This document shows, one piece after another, positions 17,236 through 24,998 of a stretch of 26,430 nt of DNA (position 1 is the first letter of the stretch; each line of letters opens with the position of its first letter). Under the pieces are notes generated by a model. That model saw nothing but the letters and a program-made list of their open reading frames with translations. It searched no databases and was not told where the DNA came from. The translations under genes were made by a program, and so were the position numbers. The stretch comes from a virus (Duplodnaviria > Caudoviricetes), in IMG/VR virus record IMGVR_UViG_3300020181_000029, positions 1 to 26,430 of that record; one strand, given 5' to 3'.

Positions 17236-17686
17236 AGATTGGATGCTTCCTGAGTCCTTGATCGATTAGGTACTTAACACCGTGAGCATAAGCTGAGATA
17301 TCATCTGGACAATGCCAAGACCTAGGCTTTCTAGCCAGTTCAGGAAAACCAGCCCACTTAAGTGAACCCCTAAGATTACCAGGAGGAACTAGTTCAATAG
17401 TAGACTTAGCTCCCAACATATCATTAATCTGCTCTACCGCGCCAATACACCTAGAAGCTGGCATATCAGAGCCTGTCTGAGCAATAGCCATCTCCTTACG
17501 TAGCTTGTAATCCTCCATAATAAAGGTGATTTCATTAATATCACCAAGATTAATACTGCTATAAATGTTGCTCAAATAGAACCTACGAAATTCACTAAGT
17601 TTAGTTACCGTCTTATAGATATCATCCCCTTCTGCACTAAAGGTAGCCAAACCTACGTTATTTCCTGGGTCGATTGAGATGAACAT
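17228..17686 (-). CDS. RuvC-like Holliday junction resolvase (RNase H fold)
   Basis: N-terminal ISIDPG..VGLA, central IMEDY and C-terminal DDISA give the RuvC acidic residues; downstream of the polymerase. Confidence 0.75.
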   Translation of the reverse strand: MFISIDPGNNVGLATFSAEGDDIYKTVTKLSEFRRFYLSNIYSSINLGDINEITFIMEDYKLRKEMAIAQTGSDMPASRCIGAVEQINDMLGAKSTIELVPPGNLRGSLKWAGFPELARKPRSWHCPDDISAYAHGVKYLIDQGLRKHPIFE

Positions 17687-17928
17687 TAGAGATACACCTC
17701 TTCGAGTTCAAAAACTTCGGAATGGTTATCGAGAGCTTCGAGAATCTTATTAAGATTACCAGAGTGGTGGTCTTTTGACTGGATACAGTAGACGTGGTGA
17801 GGACCTGTATTAGCATTTTCAAGCTTAGCCAAACTAGAATTCAATGGCCAGGTAGTTGCAATTACAATACCTGGAAGAGTGCTCTGTATACCCACAGTAA
17901 GAGTAGGCGCGATGACGAAATTAGTCAT
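17686..17928 (-). CDS. Hypothetical protein (80 aa)
   Basis: ATG at 17928 overlaps the upstream stop; TAATG overlap with the resolvase. Confidence 0.6.
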   Translation of the reverse strand: MTNFVIAPTLTVGIQSTLPGIVIATTWPLNSSLAKLENANTGPHHVYCIQSKDHHSGNLNKILEALDNHSEVFELEEVYL

Positions 17929-18031
17929 TAGAACACCAATCACATTCGCAGTTAATGCAATGGGTAGTTGAGTCGTTATCTACCTTGTCCAAGAAAAGAC
18001 AGGGATCGCATTCTCCACAATCCTTACCCAT
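17921..18031 (-). CDS. 36-aa Cys-rich peptide MGKDCGECDPCLFLDKVDNDSTTHCINCECDWCSND (not in ORF track)
   Basis: Strong AAAGGAG RBS 7 nt upstream; 8-nt overlap with the next gene; 7 Cys. Confidence 0.65.
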   Translation of the reverse strand: MGKDCGECDPCLFLDKVDNDSTTHCINCECDWCSND

Positions 18032-18140
18032 GGAGCAACTCCTTTTCCCATTGAGCTAGCTTAACTTTACCAAAAAGTACAAGCCATGCATCACTATTTT
18101 TAAGTTTTCGAAGTTTAAGGAAACAACGGATTCGACACAT
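18024..18140 (-). CDS. Possible 38-aa basic peptide (MCRIRCFLKLRKLK...)
   Basis: Fills the gap between two mini-ORFs; weak RBS. Confidence 0.3.
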   Translation of the reverse strand: MCRIRCFLKLRKLKNSDAWLVLFGKVKLAQWEKELLHG

Positions 18141-18273
18141 CACTATCATCCATACCAATAGACACGGAGTCCTGAACAATTGTAATAGAGGAGATATTAA
18201 GAGCCTTCATCTCTTCTACGAGCTTATCAATTCGTTCTTCAAAGTTAATGCATTCTGTGCTCTCAGAGTCCAT
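18115..18273 (-). CDS. Hypothetical 52-aa acidic peptide (MDSESTECINFEERIDKLVEEMK...)
   Basis: Translated by hand; begins just after the polymerase stop. Confidence 0.55.
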   Translation of the reverse strand: MDSESTECINFEERIDKLVEEMKALNISSITIVQDSVSIGMDDSDVSNPLFP

Positions 18274-18278
18274 ACTCA

Positions 18279-19505
18279 CTATGCTGCATCCTTTCCCCAG
18301 AACTCTTCTGTAACGTCAAATGGGACGTCCCAATTCTTCTCATCTTCTACCCGACTAAATACAGACTTAATCAGGTCGATGTACTGCTCAAGGTACTCAG
18401 TCTTAATCTCAAAGATTACTGAGTCATGTACCATAAGCAACATACGACACTCGTCTTCGTTATCTACTTCTCGACTAAGACGAATCATGCCGCTCTTAAC
18501 AATCTCTGCCAATCCTCCCTGTAGCAGAGAATTAAAAGCTAGACGGGGCCCATTATCCCCACCTGGAAGATGGCGAATACGTCCAGTCCAAAGGTGGATA
18601 TACTTACGAGATTCAGCCGTCTTTTGTACCTGCTTAGAGAAGGCTACGATCTTATCGTGAGCCTTTTCCCAATCAGTAATAAACTGATCAGGATCATCTC
18701 CACCAAGAATAAGTCGAAGCTTATTACGCTGGGCTCCGTACATCTTAGCATACGTAAGAGTTTTACAAGCTGACTTAGGACGATTAAGCTCAGCTACCAT
18801 CTGCCCCCACATATCCCTATTCCATTGGAATGTCTCCATTAGATAAGGCTGCCGAGCGTATCCTGTAGCCAAACGCATTTCACCTTGATTAACGTCAACC
18901 TGTACTAGTGTGTAACCTTCCTCTGCTTCAAAGACACGTTTAATATTGCGTTGCCAAATTTTTGGATCTTTATCATCCAGCTTAGGTACCTGTTGAAGAT
19001 TAGGATTCTCACAACTAGTACGACTAGACCTGGTACCGTGAATCTTATAATTACACCTAAGTCGTCCATCAGGACTAACAAGTTCTACGAACTTCTTGTA
19101 ACAAAGGGCTAGAGTAATACCCCAGCCCCTATACTCAAGAATGTTTTGAGCTACAGAACCCCACTGACCTGAAGAATACTCAGGATTATTAGCAAGAATA
19201 GCCTCATAAGTCTTCATTGCATTCTTATCAAAAGAAGGCTGCCCTGCCGGAGTCATATGCTCTGGCAATACAGGAAGCTTCATTTCATCGATAAGAAGTG
19301 TCTTAAGGTCCTTGTTAGACCGAGGGTTATATCCGTTAAGTTCCTTCTTAAGTTGATTCATTCGACCTTCACCTACAGCAATTTCTTGCTTAGCTAGGTC
19401 TAGATTAATCTTCACACCCCTACGTTCCATGGTTCGAAAGATGTCAATATTTTCCATCTCTCGTTCCCAGAGGTTATCAATAGGACTCTTAAATTTCGTT
19501 TTCAT
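18279..19505 (-). CDS. Family A DNA polymerase, polymerase (thumb/palm/fingers) subunit only
   Basis: MERRGVKI, NPRS..DL, PNLQQVP, motif A DVNQGEMR, motif B KTLTYAKMYG, motif C VHDS; own AAGGAG RBS. Confidence 0.92.
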   Translation of the reverse strand: MKTKFKSPIDNLWEREMENIDIFRTMERRGVKINLDLAKQEIAVGEGRMNQLKKELNGYNPRSNKDLKTLLIDEMKLPVLPEHMTPAGQPSFDKNAMKTYEAILANNPEYSSGQWGSVAQNILEYRGWGITLALCYKKFVELVSPDGRLRCNYKIHGTRSSRTSCENPNLQQVPKLDDKDPKIWQRNIKRVFEAEEGYTLVQVDVNQGEMRLATGYARQPYLMETFQWNRDMWGQMVAELNRPKSACKTLTYAKMYGAQRNKLRLILGGDDPDQFITDWEKAHDKIVAFSKQVQKTAESRKYIHLWTGRIRHLPGGDNGPRLAFNSLLQGGLAEIVKSGMIRLSREVDNEDECRMLLMVHDSVIFEIKTEYLEQYIDLIKSVFSRVEDEKNWDVPFDVTEEFWGKDAA

Positions 19506-19764
19506 CCATAATCTCCTTAATAGCTGTTAGTATTTTCTGGACAAGCTTATCTCTAATTTTCTCTACAATCATGTATTGGTCTACATTAGCACCACCATCA
19601 ATGTAGTCAACTAGAGCGTTTACACCAGACCAGGAAAGATGAATCGTAAAAAATTTCTTAGTGACATCTTCAGGCAAACATTCGCTACAGAAAAGGCCGT
19701 CTAGAGTAGCGATAATATCTTGCTTCTCAAATGGTTTATTACAACTCTTACACTGAATCTCCAT
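19489..19764 (-). CDS. Small Zn-finger protein (CKSC...CSEC) between the exonuclease and polymerase genes
   Basis: ATG at 19764; 91 aa; overlaps both flanking genes. Confidence 0.65.
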   Translation of the reverse strand: MEIQCKSCNKPFEKQDIIATLDGLFCSECLPEDVTKKFFTIHLSWSGVNALVDYIDGGANVDQYMIVEKIRDKLVQKILTAIKEIMDENEI

Positions 19765-20347
19765 CAAAACCCGCTTTAACAAAGAAGGGGTACAAACGTT
19801 CAAATAGTTGAAGAGTACGTACAGTATCTATACCAGCATAAAGTTCAATTTCGGCTACAGGGATTAGATGCCCCATCCCCATAGCCCAAATATTCTTGAA
19901 GTCCTTCTTAACCTTACCTGGATTCTTAAGCTCATTTCTAGAAAGCCAATCCAGAGTTAGGGATGGCACATTCTCGTTAAGGAAATGCGCCATCATCATA
20001 GTACAGTACCACTTGTAATACTTACCTGGGTACTTTGCAGTCTCTAGAGAAACTAGATCAAATTTAGCGTTATGCATACAGATAACTCTAGTCGCGATGA
20101 TCTGAAATAGTGTCTCCTTCAAATCATCCTCAATATTACCTTCACTGTGGGCTACAGGAAAGTAGCTGTGATAGTAGGTATCATCAGTATGAATGGACGC
20201 AGAAATGCCTACACAGAATCCGCGTCCATCCCTAATATCAAGACCGTTAGTTTCAGTATCTACTGCCATCACATTAGCCAGTAGTGCCTTAGGGATAAAG
20301 TCCCTAGGCTTAAGCATTACCTCAGATGCTGAAGAAAGATTTGTCAT
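19748..20347 (-). CDS. Stand-alone 3'-5' proofreading exonuclease (Pol I-type DEDDy)
   Basis: ExoI AVDTETNG, ExoII HNAKFD, ExoIII YAGID; start probably ATG 20347. Confidence 0.88.
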   Translation of the reverse strand: MTNLSSASEVMLKPRDFIPKALLANVMAVDTETNGLDIRDGRGFCVGISASIHTDDTYYHSYFPVAHSEGNIEDDLKETLFQIIATRVICMHNAKFDLVSLETAKYPGKYYKWYCTMMMAHFLNENVPSLTLDWLSRNELKNPGKVKKDFKNIWAMGMGHLIPVAEIELYAGIDTVRTLQLFERLYPFFVKAGFDGDSV

Positions 20348-22112
20348 TAGTTGTAGTCTTTTCTTGTTTAGGCATCTCGATAGCTGCCCTAGTAGGCTTC
20401 TTAAACATACGCTTATCTCCATCCATTACGGTGGAGAATGCTGTGCTATCTCCAGAGAATCGACTCTTAAGATACTTAACATCCATAAGCCTGTTTTGAT
20501 CTGTGTACTCCTTGTGCTGCTTAAGAGACACAATACTACTTGCTGAAGCCGCGATAAACGTGCTACCAAACACGTCGTCCAGATCGGCTTCCTTGTAGCC
20601 ATGATTAGGCGGATCTTTACGGGAGTGGTGGATGAACATAAAAGTCACCCCGTACTTATCCTTAATCATGTCAATTACCTCGATGGCCTTAGTAACCTCC
20701 TCTTGATTGGAGAGATTAGAGGCCAGAGAGAATGACGCAGAGTCTACCAACACAATATCCGGCTTCAAATTTTGAAGCTTCATTAGGAACTTACCCATTA
20801 GGGGGGACTGAGGTTGGTAGAACTTAATCTTCTCTGGCCGTGCGTAAGTATGAAAGTTCTCTTTGAGTTGCTCAATTTCCTCCTGATTAAAATTAGTTTC
20901 GATTTTGGAGAAGAACTCACTGTTGTCATCTAGTGTCATTTCCAAAGACAAGTACAGAATTTTGTACGGTTTGCCTTCGTTAGATGACCAACTGAGATAG
21001 TTCTTGTTTAGCGCAAGACAAGCATTAAGACCTAGCGCCATTGTGGTCTTACCCGTACCAGAGCGACCTACCAAAAACATAGTTCCCTTATACGGGAGAA
21101 TGCCATCGATAAGCCAACGAGTAGTATCTACATAGCTTACTACTTCACTCCAGTTATGGGTTTCAATTTCTTCAGCTGTAAGCTCTACATCTTTAATACC
21201 CTCGTAAGGCACCTTCTGGCGAGCGTAATTAATAAGGTCTACATAGTAACGTTCCTTGTCAGGTCGGTCTGTGAACTTCTTCCAGTGCTTATCTTTCCAC
21301 TGGAGAATCGCATAGACCTCACTGTTATCTAGTCCAGCTTCACACGCATAGTACGTTAGCGCGGCAAGTGCACTGGATCTACTACCTTCTCTAATACCCT
21401 TCTTGCGAAGCAATTCTCTAGCGTCTTCAGGCCAGAGATACTTCAACATTACATCAAGAGAGCTTGGAATGTGCTCCTTACGAAACTGCTCCAGATTGTA
21501 ACTTACTTGAGGTACGGGAACCTCATTAAAATCTGAAGGGCGATAGTGGTTATTAGTAGTATTAAGAACTACTACAGGCATACCCTTGCGCTTGTGGTTA
21601 ATAGAACCCACTGGACGAAGACTATGTCCAGCATCCCAAGCACCAATATCTGCTTCTAGAGCGTAAGCAATAGATTGATTAATACTTTGAATAGAGGTAA
21701 TATCAGTATTAAACTGTTCATAACGCCAATACCAATGCTCCCTACCAGGTACGGAGGATTGTACCCGCATAGTAGGGTGCGGAATATTAGCTTCTTCTAG
21801 TTCATCTAGCGACGGAACATTACCGTCGAAGTCAGCCCACGCTACATAACTACCATGGGAGTATGCAACACTAGAAGAGCGCTCCTTAAACATACCGGGA
21901 GTAATGTAAATCTCGGCAGATTTAGAATAACGTTCTACATGGTCGATTACATCCTGGCGTTGTGCAGGCCATTTGAAGAAGAAGTCATATTCATAAACCC
22001 CATCTTCCGGACGCTTAATCGGAAGGTGGATGTAACCTTCTTCTTCACCATAAAGAAAGTTACAGAAATCCTCCAGTCCCTGAGCGGGGTTAAGGCTACG
22101 AACCGTCCCCAT
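20322..22112 (-). CDS. Primase-helicase (RepB-type AEP primase + AAA_25/RecA-like helicase)
   Basis: WADFD, QSS.PG..HWYW, LRPVGSINHK; Walker A GRSGTGKT, Walker B VLVDS, FIHHSRK; ATG 22112 with AAGGA RBS. Confidence 0.88.
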   Translation of the reverse strand: MGTVRSLNPAQGLEDFCNFLYGEEEGYIHLPIKRPEDGVYEYDFFFKWPAQRQDVIDHVERYSKSAEIYITPGMFKERSSSVAYSHGSYVAWADFDGNVPSLDELEEANIPHPTMRVQSSVPGREHWYWRYEQFNTDITSIQSINQSIAYALEADIGAWDAGHSLRPVGSINHKRKGMPVVVLNTTNNHYRPSDFNEVPVPQVSYNLEQFRKEHIPSSLDVMLKYLWPEDARELLRKKGIREGSRSSALAALTYYACEAGLDNSEVYAILQWKDKHWKKFTDRPDKERYYVDLINYARQKVPYEGIKDVELTAEEIETHNWSEVVSYVDTTRWLIDGILPYKGTMFLVGRSGTGKTTMALGLNACLALNKNYLSWSSNEGKPYKILYLSLEMTLDDNSEFFSKIETNFNQEEIEQLKENFHTYARPEKIKFYQPQSPLMGKFLMKLQNLKPDIVLVDSASFSLASNLSNQEEVTKAIEVIDMIKDKYGVTFMFIHHSRKDPPNHGYKEADLDDVFGSTFIAASASSIVSLKQHKEYTDQNRLMDVKYLKSRFSGDSTAFSTVMDGDKRMFKKPTRAAIEMPKQEKTTTNDKSFFSI

Positions 22113-22272
22113 TAGTATCCTTGATCTTTTGCCGGACAATTACGGCGTTCTTTCGGTGCTGACAAAAACAGTGATCTAGCGGTTCATCACGCTTAACTAG
22201 AGAATCACCTTCAACTCTCCAGAAATTAATGCAATCCTTGTGCTGCTGTTCTGTGCACCAATTACAAATCAT
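22096..22272 (-). CDS. 58-aa Cys/His protein (CNWC....HKDC...CFCQH; not in ORF track)
   Basis: GGGAGG RBS before ATG 22272; translated by hand. Confidence 0.7.
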   Translation of the reverse strand: MICNWCTEQQHKDCINFWRVEGDSLVKRDEPLDHCFCQHRKNAVIVRQKIKDTNGDGS

Positions 22273-22292
22273 AGACCTCCCAACTTAAATCG

Positions 22293-22339
22293 CTAATAAA
22301 AAGAATGGCTACAGGAAGAGTCCCCAATCCCTGTAGCCA
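22293..22339 (-). terminator. Intrinsic terminator after the recombination module
   Basis: TGGCTACAGG...CCTGTAGCCA stem (22306-22339) followed on the - strand by TTCTTTTTATT. Confidence 0.75.
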
Positions 22340-22356
22340 AACTTTGCTATCAGGAT

Positions 22357-22530
22357 TTAGCACCAATCAGAAGTGTCACTATCGACTAGAGTCGCGCTAA
22401 CGGGCTCTATTCGATTAAATCCCGCTGCATAAAGAGCATCCAAGATGGAGTCCTGGACACTCTCTATATCAGCACCATTATCAGGTAGCCGGAGTACTAC
22501 CTGTATGGATTTAGTAAGCGGGCTCATCAT
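22357..22530 (-). CDS. Hypothetical small protein (~57 aa)
   Basis: Fills the space between the SSB-like gene and the terminator; start uncertain. Confidence 0.45.
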   Translation of the reverse strand: MMSPLTKSIQVVLRLPDNGADIESVQDSILDALYAAGFNRIEPVSATLVDSDTSDWC

Positions 22531-23002
22531 CCGAGCCATCAGCCCAATTGTCCTGATCCTCGTCATTAAGAGGATCGAACTTCATAACACGAGTGTTCTT
22601 ACGGCCATTCTCCTCCTTAGTGGAGGTAGTACCATAAAACTCTCGATTAATGCAGTTCTCTACAGGGAACTTGTCGGGGTCTCCGAAATCCTGGATCTCT
22701 TCCGGAGTAAAGCCCCAAGCAAGAAGACGCATCTTAATCCAAGAGAGAGCCTTAGCCTTCTCTTCCTTAGTCATGTTTCCATCAGGAACACGAACCCAGT
22801 CGCTAATCGGGAAGAAAGTAGACCAGGAACCCTTAGTAATCTGGTACTTAAAGGTAATACCCATCTTGGGCTCTACACCCGGCTTCGGCTTAGTAGGAGC
22901 CAGCTTAGCTCCAGTAATACGGAAGTGATAGGTGTTGTTGGGAAGCTCGTTAGGGTTATCCGGAATGTCGTCAATGTTAACGTCGTCGAAGAAGCTAGAC
23001 AT
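22511..23002 (-). CDS. Single-stranded DNA-binding protein-like (DUF669-type OB fold)
   Basis: 'LP..TY.F.I..A' N-terminus, acidic tail ending in an aromatic residue (DDEPAY), directly after the Sak4-like ATPase. Confidence 0.7.
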   Translation of the reverse strand: MSSFFDDVNIDDIPDNPNELPNNTYHFRITGAKLAPTKPKPGVEPKMGITFKYQITKGSWSTFFPISDWVRVPDGNMTKEEKAKALSWIKMRLLAWGFTPEEIQDFGDPDKFPVENCINREFYGTTSTKEENGRKNTRVMKFDPLNDEDQDNWADGSDDEPAY

Positions 23003-23007
23003 GATAA

Positions 23008-23712
23008 TTAAATACCCTTCCAAGTACGAATAATCTCGATGAACTTTTCGTCGGACACTGTGGGGTTGCCCATAGGGATATGGGATTTTGCAATATGAGT
23101 CCTAGAGGACTCGGTAAGTAGTGTCCTACTTTCCTTACCCCTATACATATAGGCAGTAAGGTTTGTGTACCCATTTAGCAATCGGTGTACTGCAAATGGG
23201 ACGCTTGGACGGATAAGCTTATCTCCCTTTTCATAGGAGGCTTCATCCGGTACGCGATCGTGTGAGATAAACGTAAAACTTATGTCCATCTGTGCGATCT
23301 GCTTAAGAGGACCCTTCATGTGCTCCTTAAGAAGCTGAAAGTCCTCAAGACTATTAACGCTAGGGTGCTTGCGATTAAATTGAACCTTCCTAAGCTGTTC
23401 ACCCAATTTAAGGTCAATCAGCGCGGGAAAGGTATCAATAATCACATGCTTAGTCTGGACTTCACCTTTAGCTAGCTGAGAGAGCAGCTTAGTAAATCGG
23501 TCAAAGTCCTTAAGTTTGAGTACCCTAGAGTTTTTCTTAAGATTAGGAAAGTTACTAAGTGAGACGTTAGAACGCTCAGTAGTAACAAAGAGATTGTCGT
23601 CACTGAGAGATGCAGCAAGAATAGTCTTACCTACCCCTTCAGGACCATAAAGGTTAATAATAATTTCCTTAGGGATATCATCGACACCGACAATATCGTC
23701 AGGCTCATTCAT
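23008..23712 (-). CDS. AAA_24 / Sak4-like ATPase (recombination)
   Basis: LYGPEGVGKT, VIIDT, FISHD; exonuclease-ATPase-SSB synteny. Confidence 0.82.
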   Translation of the reverse strand: MNEPDDIVGVDDIPKEIIINLYGPEGVGKTILAASLSDDNLFVTTERSNVSLSNFPNLKKNSRVLKLKDFDRFTKLLSQLAKGEVQTKHVIIDTFPALIDLKLGEQLRKVQFNRKHPSVNSLEDFQLLKEHMKGPLKQIAQMDISFTFISHDRVPDEASYEKGDKLIRPSVPFAVHRLLNGYTNLTAYMYRGKESRTLLTESSRTHIAKSHIPMGNPTVSDEKFIEIIRTWKGI

Positions 23713-23806
23713 CGTCTAGATCCTCGTCGTCAATACTTTCATAATTTCGGTTAACTTCAAGCTCAATATCATCGTCTTCTAGTTCCCAACTAGAATCGAA
23801 ACTCAT
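23705..23806 (-). CDS. 33-aa hyper-acidic peptide MSFDSSWELEDDDIELEVNRNYESIDDEDLDDE (not in ORF track)
   Basis: TAATG overlap with the exonuclease stop and 8-nt overlap with the ATPase start; 16 of 33 residues are D/E. Confidence 0.65.
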   Translation of the reverse strand: MSFDSSWELEDDDIELEVNRNYESIDDEDLDDE

Positions 23807-24699
23807 TATTCGACATCCAATACGTTGTCATAACCATAAGAGTTCTTACGAAAACTTGCCTTACGCATCATTGTACTATCGAGACCAGAAGCCTCAGTAT
23901 AGCATAGATTTGCGAAGGGACAATACTCACAGTTAAACTTAGAGGTAGACCTAGTTACACCATCAGCAATAGATACCTTAGGCTTCTTCTTAAGGTCCAC
24001 AATTTGCTTAGCTGCTACTACGTGATTAGCTACAAATTCTTCACGCATTACAGAATTAGTAGGAACCTCCTCTGTCTTAAAGGATTCAACAGCGTCCGTA
24101 CGATAACGGTTCATACTGATGATTCCCTTACGGGATCTATGTCCCATAGCCCGTACTGCCCAGATATAATTACTGATCTGAGCATTAAGCTTAATGGACA
24201 TTTCCGGCCAGAAGTTGTACGTAAACTTATGGTCCCAAGGGATTACTTCTCCCTTATTCGGACCATTAGGTACGCCCAACATAAGGTCAATACGTCCAGC
24301 AAACATGATATCATCGCAACCCGGTAGGGGAGCGGTAACTAGGTTTTCAACACCCAAGATATCATATTTCTGAATAACCCACTGCATCTCGGTAGCGTAC
24401 TTATTGAACATAATACCGAGACTACCAATCATAGTGCTCTTTTCAGAGTCACCACGCATCATCGCATTAAGACCTTCCTTGATCAAGTATTCTTGAACAA
24501 GTTGGACAGTCTTTTCCTGCGATGTACCTTCCTGAATATTCTTGTAATAAATCTCAAGTGCCGCGTGACCAATAAGTCCCCTGGTTAGTGCAATTCCCAG
24601 AGTACGGGGCTCAAGATTATACGAAGGATGGTGTGCATACATCCAACGCTGCTTACAAGTAAGGAAAGTAGCTACTTCTGAAGTGGAAACTTTAAACAT
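23806..24699 (-). CDS. PD-(D/E)XK RecB/Cas4-like exonuclease with probable Fe-S staple
   Basis: S.S....FLTC N-terminus, G..GH.ALE, GRIDL...DHKF, QISNY, C-terminal CEYCPFANLC. Confidence 0.85.
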   Translation of the reverse strand: MFKVSTSEVATFLTCKQRWMYAHHPSYNLEPRTLGIALTRGLIGHAALEIYYKNIQEGTSQEKTVQLVQEYLIKEGLNAMMRGDSEKSTMIGSLGIMFNKYATEMQWVIQKYDILGVENLVTAPLPGCDDIMFAGRIDLMLGVPNGPNKGEVIPWDHKFTYNFWPEMSIKLNAQISNYIWAVRAMGHRSRKGIISMNRYRTDAVESFKTEEVPTNSVMREEFVANHVVAAKQIVDLKKKPKVSIADGVTRSTSKFNCEYCPFANLCYTEASGLDSTMMRKASFRKNSYGYDNVLDVE

Positions 24700-24998
24700 T
24701 AATCTACCTCTAGATCGTGCTTAATAACACATTCAGGACAGATTGTTTCGTATCTTGGGTCTTGATATTTAGTAATATCGATATATTCTCGTTCACAAAT
24801 ATCGCATTGCCTAATAGCAGATTCCCTAGTAGGGAGCTTACACCAGCGTCCGACGGTGTGTCCAGACGACACGTCAAGAGCCCTAAAGCACCTGTGAGCG
24901 CACGTAACGTCTAGGACCTCGTATCCGTACGGTCGTTTGAACCTGGGAGTCCCATAAACAATTTTTAGGTTCATATTGATTATTTTCTGGTTGCTCAA
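24699..24998 (-). CDS. Hypothetical Zn-finger protein (CDIC...CPEC); start uncertain
   Basis: TAATG overlap with the exonuclease; the C-terminal half looks coding, the 5' half has atypical composition. Confidence 0.45.
   Translation of the reverse strand: MSNQKIINMNLKIVYGTPRFKRPYGYEVLDVTCAHRCFRALDVSSGHTVGRWCKLPTRESAIRQCDICEREYIDITKYQDPRYETICPECVIKHDLEVD
24835..24864 (-). promoter_or_regulatory. Possible housekeeping-sigma promoter TGGACA-N18-TAAGCT
   Basis: Resembles actinobacterial SigA/HrdB consensus; lies just downstream of a terminator and upstream of the recombination genes. Confidence 0.3.

Noticed and set aside
19506-19747. Group I intron or intein interrupting the polymerase
   Set aside because: No recognisable intron core, homing endonuclease or intein termini; the space is filled by an ORF and the downstream half has its own RBS. 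Not formally excluded without RT-PCR.
23806-24699. Cas4 as part of a CRISPR-Cas system
   Set aside because: No array or other cas genes; the exonuclease-ATPase-SSB context is the standard phage recombination module.
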